Positions 16,354 through 26,193 are shown, counted from the stretch's first letter. The stretch is DNA of 64,000 bases from Acidimicrobiia bacterium (GCA_046331155.1 JAXLRK010000001.1:1029335-1093334); one strand, 5' to 3'. Numbers and translations are program-made. The notes: generated from the letters alone by a model not told the origin.

Positions 16354-16743
16354 ATGAGCGAGAGCGGACTCCTCGACACGTCGGTCTTCATCGCCCAGGA
16401 ACAGGGCCGGTCCGTGAGAGCGCTGCCCGAGGACGGCGCCGTTTCAGTGGTCACGCTGGCCGAATTGCAGCTTGGCGTGCTGGCAGCACCCGACGATGAT
16501 GCCCGTGCGGCCCGGCTCCAGACGGTTTCGCGGCTCGAGCACGAGTTCGAGCCGCTTGGCATCGACAGCGAGATTGCCCGTACCTTTGCCGCCCTGGTTC
16601 ACGCGGCTCGGCGATCCGGGCGCCAGCCGAAGGCCATGGGTGCCTGGATAGCGGCAACGGCCGTGACGCTCGGGCTTCCTCTCTACACCCAAGATCGCGA
16701 TTTTCGAGCCTTCGGCGACCGCTTGCGCGTCGTCGAGGTCTGA
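16354..16743 (+). CDS. vapC: Type II toxin, PIN-domain ribonuclease VapC
   Basis: 129 aa. LLDTSVFI (first Asp), TLAEL (Glu), TQDRDF (distal Asp). There is more A/T at codon third positions than in neighbouring genes. Confidence 0.88.
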   Translation: MSESGLLDTSVFIAQEQGRSVRALPEDGAVSVVTLAELQLGVLAAPDDDARAARLQTVSRLEHEFEPLGIDSEIARTFAALVHAARRSGRQPKAMGAWIAATAVTLGLPLYTQDRDFRAFGDRLRVVEV

Positions 16744-16759
16744 CTCAAGGAGCACCGCG

Positions 16760-17788
16760 ATGCCCGCGACCATCTACTACGACGACGACGCCGACCTCGG
16801 CCTGCTCCAGGGCAAGAAGGTCGCGATCCTCGGCTACGGCTCGCAGGGCCACGCCCACGCGCTGAACCTGCGCGACTCGGGCGTCGACGTGCGCGTCGGC
16901 CTGCGGGAAGGGTCGAAGTCGCGCCAGAAGGCGGAAGAAGCGGGGCTGCCGGTGCTCTCGGTGGCCGACGCCACCGCCGAAGCCGACATCGTGATGGTCC
17001 TCCTGCCCGACACCGAGCAGGCGAGCGTCTACGAGAGCGAGATCGCGAAGAACCTCCAGCCGGGCGACTCGCTCGCGTTCGCCCACGGCTTCAACATCCA
17101 CTTCGAGCAGATCACGCCGCCCGAGGGTGTCGACGTGTGGATGATCGCACCCAAGGGCCCCGGCCACCTCGTGCGCCGTACCTACGAGGAGGGTGGCGGC
17201 GTGCCGGCGCTCGTCGCGGTGGCCGTCGACGCGACCGGCAAGGCGAAGCAGACCGCACTCGCGTACGCCAAGGGCATCGGCTCGACGCGCGGCGGCGTAC
17301 TCGAGACGGACTTCCGCGAGGAGACCGAGACCGACCTGTTCGGCGAGCAGGTCGTGCTCTGCGGCGGGCTCGTCGAGCTGATCAAGAACGGGTTCGAGAC
17401 GTTGGTCGAGGCCGGTTACCAGCCCGAGTCGGCCTACTTCGAGACGCTGCACGAGGTGAAGCTCATCGTCGACCTCATCTACGAGGGCGGCATCTCGAAC
17501 ATGCGCTACTCGATCTCCGACACCGCCGAGTACGGCGACATGACCCGCGGCCCGCGCGTCGTCACGAGCGCGACGAAGACCGAGATGAAGAAGATCCTCG
17601 ACGAGATCCAGTCCGGGAAGTTCGCCGAGGAGTGGATCGCCGAGAACCGGGCCGGGCGGCCGAACTTCAACCGGCTGCGCGAGGAGGGCATGTCCCACCC
17701 GATCGAGCGGGTCGGCGAGAGGCTCCGGTCGATGATGCCGTGGATCTCGGCCGGCAAGAAGAGGCCCCAGGACGTCTCCGGCGGCTGA
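16760..17788 (+). CDS. ilvC: Ketol-acid reductoisomerase
   Basis: 342 aa. [17 protein letters not shown] Rossmann motif. AAGGAG lies upstream of the ATG, and the gap to vapC is only 16 nt. Confidence 0.96.
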   Translation: MPATIYYDDDADLGLLQGKKVAILGYGSQGHAHALNLRDSGVDVRVGLREGSKSRQKAEEAGLPVLSVADATAEADIVMVLLPDTEQASVYESEIAKNLQPGDSLAFAHGFNIHFEQITPPEGVDVWMIAPKGPGHLVRRTYEEGGGVPALVAVAVDATGKAKQTALAYAKGIGSTRGGVLETDFREETETDLFGEQVVLCGGLVELIKNGFETLVEAGYQPESAYFETLHEVKLIVDLIYEGGISNMRYSISDTAEYGDMTRGPRVVTSATKTEMKKILDEIQSGKFAEEWIAENRAGRPNFNRLREEGMSHPIERVGERLRSMMPWISAGKKRPQDVSGG

Positions 17789-17801
17789 CGCCTCCCGACA
17801 A

Positions 17802-17849
17802 CAGCTGCGTTCGACGGCAGCTGCGTTCGACAGCAGCTGCGTTCTTTCG
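17802..17849. repeat. 16-bp direct tandem repeat x3 (CAGCTGCGTTCGACGG / CAGCTGCGTTCGACAG / CAGCTGCGTTCTTTCG)
   Basis: Read directly from the sequence. It begins 14 nt after the ilvC stop. The third unit runs into an 11-bp-stem hairpin (17840-17850 / 17880-17890). Confidence 0.9.
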
Positions 17850-17988
17850 AGGGAATCCCCCAATAATCCGGGGAAAGCATCGAAAGAACGAGGAAAGGGC
17901 ATCGGGCGGTTGGGCCGATAGCGCGGAAATGGGTAGGATTGTCAGCCTGGTCGCGGGCACGACCATGTCGGGCAACAGGGGAGGAACC

Positions 17989-19887
17989 ATGCGCAGAGCC
18001 CTCATGGCGTTCGCGCTCGTCGCGGCCGTGGCCGGTTGCGTCCCGGCGGCGAAGCCGGCCCCGGAGCAGGCGTGGCAGCCGCCGCTACCCCAGGTGAACG
18101 TGCCGCTGCCGTCGAGCGAGCGGGTCTACCCGCCCGAGTGCAACCCCGTGGGCGAGACCACGTGCGCGCTGCCGTTCCCGAGCAACCACTGGACCCGGCC
18201 CGACGCGACGTCGGCGACCGGGCTGCGCCTGAACGTGCCGGACAGCCTCGTGTCGGGATCCGTGCTCGCCGAGCTGCCCGCATCGCTGCGGGCGTCGGCG
18301 GTCTTCAACGCGTCCGACGGCTTCTCCGCCGCGGGGCCGATCGTCTTCGAGCTGGGCAAGCCCGTCCGCGCCGGTTCGCTGCCCGTCGACGGCGGCAACG
18401 CGTTCGTCGTCTACGACCTCGACACCGGTGCCCGCGTCCCGATCCGCGCGCTCGTCGACGTCGAGGCCGGTCTGCGCGGCGCCGGTGGCACGATCGTGCG
18501 CGCGTACCCGCGCAGCCGGTTCCCGTGGGGTCACCATCTCGTTGGCGCGGTCACCACCTGGCTCCAGGACAGCGCGGGCGCTCCGGAGACGCCGTCGCCC
18601 GGGATGCGCGCGTTGCTGCGCGCGAGCTCGCGCCCGACCGTCGACTTCCTCAACGCCCACGGCATCGGCTCCGACAGCCTGGTCTCGGTCACCGACTTCA
18701 CGGTCCGCACCGAGGCCGACGCCACGGCGGCGACCGCCGCCAAGATGCAGACCGCCCTCGCCCAGGACCATCCGGTGCGCAACCTCTCGGTGCAACCCAA
18801 CCTCCTGTACGGGCCGGACGTGAGCCGCGTCGTCACCGGCCAGGTGCTCGTCACCGACTTCCGCGACGCGGCCGGCGAGATGGACCGGTCGGCGACCGCG
18901 ACCGGGCACCCCGAATGGGTCGACTTCATGCTGACGATCCCCAAGCAGGCCCCGGCGTCGGGTGCCCCCGTCGTCGTGTACGGGCACGGCATCGGCATCT
19001 TCAAGGAGACGTCGATCATCGTCGACAACATGAACGCGCGCCACGGTGCGGCGACGCTCGCGATCGACCAGCCCAACCACGGCAGCCGCGCCGCCCGCGA
19101 GGGCGGCTTCGTGTTCGACCTCACGAAGCCCGCGCAGGCCGGAAGGCTGTTCGCGATGGTCAGCCAGTCGAGCCTCGACCAGGCGTCGGTGGTGAAAGCG
19201 GTCGAGACCTCGCTCGCCGACCTCGACACCGAGACGCCCGTCCTGTTCGGGAACCCGGCGCCGGCCGACGGCGTGCCGGACCTCGACCCGTCACGTATCT
19301 ACTACGAGGGAACCTCGCTCGGCGGTGTGCTCGGCTCGACCGGCGTGTCCCTCCTGCCGCAGTACCAGGGCGCGATGTTCCAGGTGACCGGGGCGGGCAT
19401 CACGAACGACCTCGCCGACACGCTCTTCTGGCACTTCGGGTTCAACGCCACCGGCACCGGATTCCGGGGCGTGATCCCGAAGAGTGCGACGGCCGGTGAA
19501 GCCGCGTTCCTCGTGGCCGCGACCCAACAGGTGATCGACCAGGGCGACGCGGTCAACTACGTCGACCGGCTCCACGCCAAGGGGCTCCCGGTGCTCATTC
19601 CCTACGCGCTCGACGACGGCACCGTGAACAACCGCACGACCGAGGCCTTCGCCGAGCTCGCACGGCTCCCGATCCTCGGGAACGTCCGGCGTCCGCTGCC
19701 GTTCCTGCCCGCGTCGTCGAACATCCCCGACAACGGGATCGTGCAGCTCCCGACCGACTCGCTCGCGTGGATGCACGCCACGCCACTGGCACCGCTCGGC
19801 GACTTGCTCACGCACGCCAGCGGGGTGGGCGGCGAGGCCACGACCGCGATGGACTCCTGGCTCGCCGACCGGATCGGGACGCCGTAG
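17989..19887 (+). CDS. Secreted lipoprotein, alpha/beta-hydrolase (lipase/esterase-like)
   Basis: The signal peptide MRRALMAFALVAAVAGC contains a lipobox. GHGIG and GTSLGG nucleophile-elbow motifs are present. GGGGAGGA SD lies upstream of ATG 17989; the alternative ATG 17965 is less likely. Confidence 0.8.
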   Translation: MRRALMAFALVAAVAGCVPAAKPAPEQAWQPPLPQVNVPLPSSERVYPPECNPVGETTCALPFPSNHWTRPDATSATGLRLNVPDSLVSGSVLAELPASLRASAVFNASDGFSAAGPIVFELGKPVRAGSLPVDGGNAFVVYDLDTGARVPIRALVDVEAGLRGAGGTIVRAYPRSRFPWGHHLVGAVTTWLQDSAGAPETPSPGMRALLRASSRPTVDFLNAHGIGSDSLVSVTDFTVRTEADATAATAAKMQTALAQDHPVRNLSVQPNLLYGPDVSRVVTGQVLVTDFRDAAGEMDRSATATGHPEWVDFMLTIPKQAPASGAPVVVYGHGIGIFKETSIIVDNMNARHGAATLAIDQPNHGSRAAREGGFVFDLTKPAQAGRLFAMVSQSSLDQASVVKAVETSLADLDTETPVLFGNPAPADGVPDLDPSRIYYEGTSLGGVLGSTGVSLLPQYQGAMFQVTGAGITNDLADTLFWHFGFNATGTGFRGVIPKSATAGEAAFLVAATQQVIDQGDAVNYVDRLHAKGLPVLIPYALDDGTVNNRTTEAFAELARLPILGNVRRPLPFLPASSNIPDNGIVQLPTDSLAWMHATPLAPLGDLLTHASGVGGEATTAMDSWLADRIGTP

Positions 19888-19951
19888 CCGCCGCAGCCCG
19901 GCGCGGGATCCGCCGGGCAGGCGCATCGGCGCCCGCAGGCCGTCGAGCCGG

Positions 19952-20305
19952 TCAGCCCGCCGACGCGTCGCCGGCGTCCGCGGCGGTGGCTTCACCGGCG
20001 GTGGCTTCACCGGCGGTGGTGTCGCCCGCGGGGTCACCGGCGGGACCCTCCGACGCCGCGAGCTCGGCGAGCTGGGCCTCGATCACCTGGATCTCGCCGA
20101 CGAGGCGCGCCACCTCGGCGTCGGCGTCCGCGCCCGCGGCACCGGTGCGCTGGGCGTAGACCACGCCGCCGAGCTCCTGCTTCAGCTCGCCGGCCCCCTT
20201 TTCGAGCTTGTGCGCCTCGTACTTGTCCTTGCCGGCCTCACCGACCTGCTGGGCCTTCTCGCCCACCTGCTTCGCGGTGTCCTTGACCTTGTCGAGGAAT
20301 CCCAT
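19952..20305 (-). CDS. Small coiled-coil protein with acidic, repeat-containing C-terminus (hypothetical)
   Basis: 117 aa, MGFLDKVKDTAKQVGEKAQQ..., with high GC3. An in-frame 15-bp tandem repeat (19981-20025) encodes TAGEA units. Confidence 0.7.
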   Translation of the reverse strand: MGFLDKVKDTAKQVGEKAQQVGEAGKDKYEAHKLEKGAGELKQELGGVVYAQRTGAAGADADAEVARLVGEIQVIEAQLAELAASEGPAGDPAGDTTAGEATAGEATAADAGDASAG

Positions 20306-20408
20306 GGTGCGCTCCCGTTCCCCGTGCCGCGCGGGCGCGCGACCGACCCTCGGAGCGTACCGAAACGGCTTCGCCGGTTCCCGGCCGGCGGTACCTGCGG
20401 CGCGCCGG

Positions 20409-23400
20409 TCAGCGCCGGAACCGCAGCCCGCGTGGGACATCCTGGAATCCGGCGGCACGCAGCGGCTCGGCGAGGGGCGACTCGCGGGCGGGCGTACCGT
20501 CGACGTGGCGCAGCTCGAGCGTGCGGATGCGTCCGTCCTTCACGAGCCCGGTCAGCGCATCGATCCACGCGGCCGGCTCGACGGTCGACGGGAAGGTCAG
20601 GAGGGTGCGCCCGCCGCGTTCGAGGAAGGCGACGAGCTCGCCGTCGACCATGACCACCGACGCGCCCGCGGCCCGCGCCGGGCGCCCCGGCGACTCCGGC
20701 CAGGCGAGTGCGGACCCGTAGGGCTGGGCCGGGTCCGTGGCCGCGAGGACGAGGACCGACGGGTGTTCGCGCTCGGGTGCGCGTTCGGCGCGCAAGCGGT
20801 CGACGGCACCGGGCAGTGCGAACTGCGCGGCGCCGAGGCCGGCGACGAAGTAGCCGCGCCGCGCCCGCCCCGACTCCTCGAGCGCGCGCAGCACGCCGTA
20901 CACGCCGGCGAACCCGCCGGGGGTCGCTTCCGCGCGTACCGCTTCGCGGGTCACCACGCCGTGACGCTCGAGCATCTGGACGGCCCGGGCGTGCGCGCGC
21001 TCGGTGTCGCCCGGCTCGGGGACGCGCAGCGGTGCCACGAGCGACCACCGGCCTTGCCCTGCGGGGGGTCCGAGGCGCGTGAGCCGGCCCGGGCGCGGCC
21101 GGCCCCGCGGCGCGCGTGGCCGGCCGGCGAGGCGGGCGCGCACGGGCGCGAACGAGTCGTTGGTGACCTCACCGGACCAGGCGAGCTCCCAGAGCGCGTC
21201 GAGCAGGACGCGGTCGTCGTGCTGTCCGGTGGCCGCGACGAGGTCGAGCCAGAACGACGCGCCGCGCGCCGCGAGGTGCTCGCGGATCGCGTCGACCACC
21301 GGCCCGGAGGGTGGGTCGGCGGCCGGAACCGGTGCGGGCGCGAGGAGGCGGGCCCGGTCGCGGAAGACGAGGGCGACGCGCCCGTCGGTCGCGCCGATGG
21401 CGCCGGCGCCGATCCACACGACCTCACCGCCCGCGCAGAGCGCGTCGAGGTCGGCGCTGCGATACGGCGCGAGCCTCGAAGCGAGCACGTCGACCTCGAG
21501 GGACGAGGCCGGGAGAGGGATCCCTTCGAGCCGGCCGATCACGTCGACCAGGCCTTCGGGCCCGCGACGGTCGGAGCCGACGCCCTGCCAGGCGGGGAGG
21601 AAACGAGCGTACGTCGCCGGGTCGACGGGCTCGATCTCGTGGCGGAGCGCGGCGAGCGAACGCCGCCGCAACGAGCGGAGCACCTCGGGGTCGCACCACT
21701 CCCGTTCCGCTCCCCCGGGCCGGAACTCGCCCTGGACCACGCGGCCGGCCGACTCCAGGTCGATCAGCACCCGGCGGACCACGTCTGCTTCGACGCCGAA
21801 GCGACGGGCCGGCTCGTCGGTCGTGAACGGGACGTGCGTGCGCGCGTACCGGGCGACCAGGTCGCGCATCGGGGCGTCGACCGGGTCGGTGAACACCGAG
21901 GGGAGTCCGGGTGGGATCGCGACGCCCAGCGCGTCGCGGTAGCGGGCCGCGTCGTCGACCGCGATCACGCGGCGCTCGCCCGCGATCGAGGTCCGCAACG
22001 CCCTGCGGTCGGCGACGAGCTCGTCTATCCAGTCGCCCGGCGGGTCGCAGGACCGGGCGGCGAGGTCGGAATCGGAGAGGTCGCCGAGCGTGCGGAGGAG
22101 ATCGTGCAGGTCGTCGGCATGACGGGCCCGGCGTGACGACGTGAGGTGCTGGAGGTCGAGCTCGAGGTCCGCGAGCGCCGACGGGTCGATGAGCTCGCGC
22201 AGCTCCTCCGCACCGAGCAGGTCGCGCAGCAGGTCGCGGTCGAGCGAGAGCGCGGCTGCGCGTCGCTCGGCGAGGGGTGCGTCACCCTCGTACATGTAGT
22301 TCGCGATCCAGCCGAACAGCAGCGACTGCGCGAACGGGGACGCGGTGCGGGTCTCGACCGGGACCATGCGGATTCGTCGCGCCCGAAGGTCCGTCATCAC
22401 CTCGCGCAGCGCGGGCACGTCGAACACGTCACGCAGGCACTCACGCGTCGTCTCGAGGAGGATCGGAAACGTCGGGTACCGCGCCGCGACCTCGAGCAGG
22501 TCCGCGGCGCGCTGGCGCTGCTGCCAGAGCGGTGTCCGCTGGCCCGGCCGGCGGCGGGGGAGGAGCAGGGCGCGGGCCGCGGCCTCGCGGAACCGGGCCG
22601 CGAAGAGTGCCGTCGCCGGGAGCTGTTCGACCACGAGCTCGTCGACGTCCTCCGGTTCGATCACGAGGTCGTCGGTGGGGATGGACTCGACGGACTCCGG
22701 GAGGCGGAGCACGATGCCGTCGTCGCTCCACAGCACCTGCACCGCGCTGTCGAACCGTTGCGCGAGCCGGGCTTCGATGGCCAGCGCCCACGGTGCGTGC
22801 ACCCGGGAGCCGAACGGCGAGAGGATGCACACCCGCCAGTCGCCGATCTCGTCCGGGAACCGTTCGACGACGATGGTGCGGTCGTCGGGCACGACGCCGG
22901 TGGCCGCGGCCTGCTCGTCGAGGTACGACAGCACGTTGCGCGCCGCGAGGTCGTCGAGGCAGCTTCGTTCGTGCAGAAGCGCCTGCGCCTGCACGGGCGA
23001 AGCGTGGCGCAGCTCGCGCAAGGTCGCGCCGAGCGCACGGCCGAGCTCGAGCGGCCGGCCGGGCTTGTCGCCGTGCCAGAACGGCATCCGGGCCGGTTCG
23101 CCGGGCGCGGGCACGACGATCACGCGGTCGTGGGTGATCTGGTCGATGCGCCACGTCGACGCGCCGAGCGTGAACGCCTCGCCGGGTCGGCTCTCGTACA
23201 CCATCTCCTCGTCGAGCTCGCCGACGCGGGTGCCGTCGGGAAGGAACACGCCGAACAGCCCGCGGTCGGGGATGGTGCCACCGTTGGTGATGGCGATCCG
23301 CTGGGCGCCCTCGCGGGCGCGCACGCGACCGTGCACCCGGTCCCACACGACGCGCGGACGCAACTCGGCGAAGTCGTCCGACGGGTACCGACCGGACAGG

Positions 23401-24881
23401 AGGTCGAGGACCGCGCTGAAGGTGTCGTCGGTGAGGTCGGCGAAGTTCGCGCTGCGGCGGACGAGCGCCAGCAGGTCGTCGACCGCCCACTCGTCGACCG
23501 CGCAGGCGGCCACGATCTGTTGTGCGAGCACGTCGAGCGGGTTGCGCGGGTAACGGGTCTCCTCGACGAGCCCGTCGCGCATCCGTGCGGTGACGACCGC
23601 GGCCTCGACGAGGTCGCCCCGGTACTTCGGGAAGATCGTGCCGCGGCTGGGCTCGCCCACGTGATGGCCGGCGCGGCCGATGCGCTGAAGGCCGCGGGCG
23701 ACCGATCCGGGGGACTCGACCTGGATCACGAGGTCGACCGTGCCCATGTCGATGCCGAGCTCGAGCGAGCTGGTGGCGACGAGCGCCCGCAACCGGCCGA
23801 CCTTGAGGTCGTCCTCGATCTGCAGCCGCTGCTCGCGCGCCAGCGACCCGTGGTGGGCGCGCACGAGGTCGGGCTTCCCGGTGCCGGGGCCGCAGCCGGC
23901 CAGCTCGTTGAGTCGGGCGGCCAGGCGTTCGGCGAGACGGCGGGCGTTGACGAAGATCAGCGTCGTGCGGTGGGACTCGATGAGCTCGAGGATCCGTGGG
24001 TGTACGTGGGGCCAGATGCTCGCCCGCGCTTCGCCGGGTACGGCCCCGCTGCCGGTGGGCGGTTCGTGGGTGCCGAGCTCGCCGAGGTCCTCGACGGGGA
24101 CGACCACGTCGAGGTCGAGGGGCTTGCGGGCGCCGGCGTCGACGATCGTGACCGGTCGTGGACCCGCCGCGGTCATCCCGCCCAGGAACCGGGCGATCTC
24201 GTCGAGTGGTCGTTGGGTGGCCGACAGGCCGATGCGCTGCGGTGGGCGGCGCGTGATGGCTTCGAGCCGCTCGAGGCTGAGCGAGAGGTGCGCGCCGCGT
24301 TTCGTGCCGGCCACCGCGTGGATCTCGTCGACGACGACGCATTCGACGGAGCGGAGGAGCTCGCGCGCCTGTGAGGTGAGCATGAGGTAGAGGGACTCGG
24401 GGGTCGTGATGAGGATGTCGGGTGGGGTGCGCAACATCCGCTGGCGGTCCCGCGACGGCGTGTCGCCGGTGCGCATCCCGACGGTCGGTTCGTGCCCGGC
24501 CGGGTCGAGCCCGAGCCGGTCCGCGGCCAGCCGGATACCGGTGAGCGGAGCGCGCAGGTTCTTCTCCACGTCGACCGCGAGGGCCTTGAGCGGCGACACG
24601 TACAGCACGCGGCAGCGGTCGGCCTTGGCCGGGACCGGTTGCGTGATCAGCCGGTCGATCGCCCAGAGGAACGCCGCCAGCGTCTTACCGGAGCCGGTCG
24701 GGGCCAGGAGGAGGGTGTGGTCGCCGCGGGCGATCGGGGGCCAGCCCGCGGCCTGAGCGTCGGTCGGCGCGGGGAACGACGTCTCGAACCAGGCGGCGAC
24801 GGGCGGGGAGAAGCGGTCGAGCCCCACCGCGCAACGGTACCCCGCCTCGAGAGGTGGCGATCTTCGTGGTCTCGCGTTCAT
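20409..24881 (-). CDS. lhr: Lhr-family ATP-dependent DNA/RNA helicase (large helicase-related protein)
   Basis: 1490 aa. Walker A APTGSGKT, DEIH box (VVVDEIHAV), helicase C motifs, and a long C-terminal extension typical of Lhr. The start could be slightly downstream. Confidence 0.93.
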   Translation of the reverse strand: MNARPRRSPPLEAGYRCAVGLDRFSPPVAAWFETSFPAPTDAQAAGWPPIARGDHTLLLAPTGSGKTLAAFLWAIDRLITQPVPAKADRCRVLYVSPLKALAVDVEKNLRAPLTGIRLAADRLGLDPAGHEPTVGMRTGDTPSRDRQRMLRTPPDILITTPESLYLMLTSQARELLRSVECVVVDEIHAVAGTKRGAHLSLSLERLEAITRRPPQRIGLSATQRPLDEIARFLGGMTAAGPRPVTIVDAGARKPLDLDVVVPVEDLGELGTHEPPTGSGAVPGEARASIWPHVHPRILELIESHRTTLIFVNARRLAERLAARLNELAGCGPGTGKPDLVRAHHGSLAREQRLQIEDDLKVGRLRALVATSSLELGIDMGTVDLVIQVESPGSVARGLQRIGRAGHHVGEPSRGTIFPKYRGDLVEAAVVTARMRDGLVEETRYPRNPLDVLAQQIVAACAVDEWAVDDLLALVRRSANFADLTDDTFSAVLDLLSGRYPSDDFAELRPRVVWDRVHGRVRAREGAQRIAITNGGTIPDRGLFGVFLPDGTRVGELDEEMVYESRPGEAFTLGASTWRIDQITHDRVIVVPAPGEPARMPFWHGDKPGRPLELGRALGATLRELRHASPVQAQALLHERSCLDDLAARNVLSYLDEQAAATGVVPDDRTIVVERFPDEIGDWRVCILSPFGSRVHAPWALAIEARLAQRFDSAVQVLWSDDGIVLRLPESVESIPTDDLVIEPEDVDELVVEQLPATALFAARFREAAARALLLPRRRPGQRTPLWQQRQRAADLLEVAARYPTFPILLETTRECLRDVFDVPALREVMTDLRARRIRMVPVETRTASPFAQSLLFGWIANYMYEGDAPLAERRAAALSLDRDLLRDLLGAEELRELIDPSALADLELDLQHLTSSRRARHADDLHDLLRTLGDLSDSDLAARSCDPPGDWIDELVADRRALRTSIAGERRVIAVDDAARYRDALGVAIPPGLPSVFTDPVDAPMRDLVARYARTHVPFTTDEPARRFGVEADVVRRVLIDLESAGRVVQGEFRPGGAEREWCDPEVLRSLRRRSLAALRHEIEPVDPATYARFLPAWQGVGSDRRGPEGLVDVIGRLEGIPLPASSLEVDVLASRLAPYRSADLDALCAGGEVVWIGAGAIGATDGRVALVFRDRARLLAPAPVPAADPPSGPVVDAIREHLAARGASFWLDLVAATGQHDDRVLLDALWELAWSGEVTNDSFAPVRARLAGRPRAPRGRPRPGRLTRLGPPAGQGRWSLVAPLRVPEPGDTERAHARAVQMLERHGVVTREAVRAEATPGGFAGVYGVLRALEESGRARRGYFVAGLGAAQFALPGAVDRLRAERAPEREHPSVLVLAATDPAQPYGSALAWPESPGRPARAAGASVVMVDGELVAFLERGGRTLLTFPSTVEPAAWIDALTGLVKDGRIRTLELRHVDGTPARESPLAEPLRAAGFQDVPRGLRFRR

Positions 24882-24920
24882 GTCGCTGCCTCTTGGGGGC
24901 CGGTCGGTACCATCCGGCGC

Positions 24921-25004
24921 GTGAGTGAGCGTCGGGAGGCGGGTATCCTGCCGAGCAGCGAGCGTGGCCCAGCGGCCCGGCGCCGAAGGCGCCAGGAGCG
25001 GTAG
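24921..25004 (+). repeat. Repeat element, family A copy 2 (27-codon mini-ORF VSERREAGILPSSERGPAARRRRRQER)
   Basis: Aligns end to end with 325-426 and 59390-59479. It lies in the divergent lhr/acyltransferase intergenic region. TAG 25002-25004 ends 2 nt before the acyltransferase GTG 25007, and a GGAG motif lies at its 3' end. Confidence 0.85.
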
Positions 25005-25006
25005 GC

Positions 25007-26122
25007 GTGGAGACCACCGAGCCTCGACCGACCGTGGAGCGGTTCCGGCTCGGCTACCGGCCCGCGCTCGACGGCATCCGCGGCGTCTCCGTGCTCGCCG
25101 TCATGGCCTACCACGTCGGGCTGTCGTGGATGAGCGGTGGATTCCTCGGCGTCGACGCGTTCTTCGTGCTGTCCGGTTTCCTCATCACGAGCCTGCTCCT
25201 CGAGGAATGGCACGACCGGGGCCGGATCAACCTCCGCAACTTCTACGCGCGCCGCCTCTTGCGGTTGACACCTGCGCTGCTGCTCGTGCTCGCGGTCGTG
25301 GGCAGCTACGCGGTGTTCCTCGAGCGCGGTGCGGTACGCGACGCGATCTACCCGGAGGCCGCGTCGACGATCCTGTACTCGGCGAACTGGTTCGCGGCGA
25401 CGGGATCGCAGTTCCCCTTCCATCTCGCGCACACCTGGTCGCTCGCGATCGAGGAACAGTTCTACCTGGTGTGGCCGCTGGCGGTCGTCGCCATCCTCTC
25501 GTGGTCGGGCCGGGTGCGCTCACTGCTGTGGACGACCGTGGGCATCGCGTGCGCATCGGCGTTGCTCATGCCGATGATGACGGGCTTCGGCGATCACCGC
25601 GTCGAGCGCGCCTACTTCGGGACCGACACCCGCGCCCAGTCCCTTCTGATCGGTTGTGCCATCGCGTGCGTGGCCTTCCTCGGCGATCTCCCGCGTTCGA
25701 CCGCGGCCGTTGCGAGGGTCCGTGCCGGTGCCGTGGCCTCGGCCGTGTTCGTCGTCGGGCTGTGGGTCCTGCTGGACGGCACGGGCAGCGCGTTCCTCTT
25801 CGCGGGTGGATTCGCCCTCGAGGGCCTCGCCGTGGGCGTGATCGTCGTGCACGTGCTGCTCGAGCCCGGCGCGCCGATCCCGCGGGCCCTCGCAGCCCGT
25901 TCCGCCCGCTGGGTCGGCCGGATCTCGTACGGCCTGTACCTCTGGCACTGGCCGGTCTTCACCGTGGTCGACCGGTGGGGCCTGGCCTTCTGGCCGGGCG
26001 TGGTCGTGAAGTTCGCCCTGACGTTCGGGTTCGCGACCGCCTCCTTCTACGGGTTGGAGCAGCCGGTCCTGGCCCTGAAGCGCCGGTTCCGTGGTGCGGG
26101 CTCGGGCCGGTCCGCTCCGTGA
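25007..26122 (+). CDS. Acyltransferase family 3 (OafA/YrhL-type membrane O-acyltransferase)
   Basis: 371 aa. LDGIRGVSVLAVMAYH...GVDAFFVLSGFLIT signature; polytopic. Confidence 0.9.
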   Translation: METTEPRPTVERFRLGYRPALDGIRGVSVLAVMAYHVGLSWMSGGFLGVDAFFVLSGFLITSLLLEEWHDRGRINLRNFYARRLLRLTPALLLVLAVVGSYAVFLERGAVRDAIYPEAASTILYSANWFAATGSQFPFHLAHTWSLAIEEQFYLVWPLAVVAILSWSGRVRSLLWTTVGIACASALLMPMMTGFGDHRVERAYFGTDTRAQSLLIGCAIACVAFLGDLPRSTAAVARVRAGAVASAVFVVGLWVLLDGTGSAFLFAGGFALEGLAVGVIVVHVLLEPGAPIPRALAARSARWVGRISYGLYLWHWPVFTVVDRWGLAFWPGVVVKFALTFGFATASFYGLEQPVLALKRRFRGAGSGRSAP

Positions 26123-26193
26123 CCACGCCGCGTGGTCCGATATCGCCGAAAAACGCCTACACCAGCCCGCCGCGGCCGCCGATACAGGCAGGA

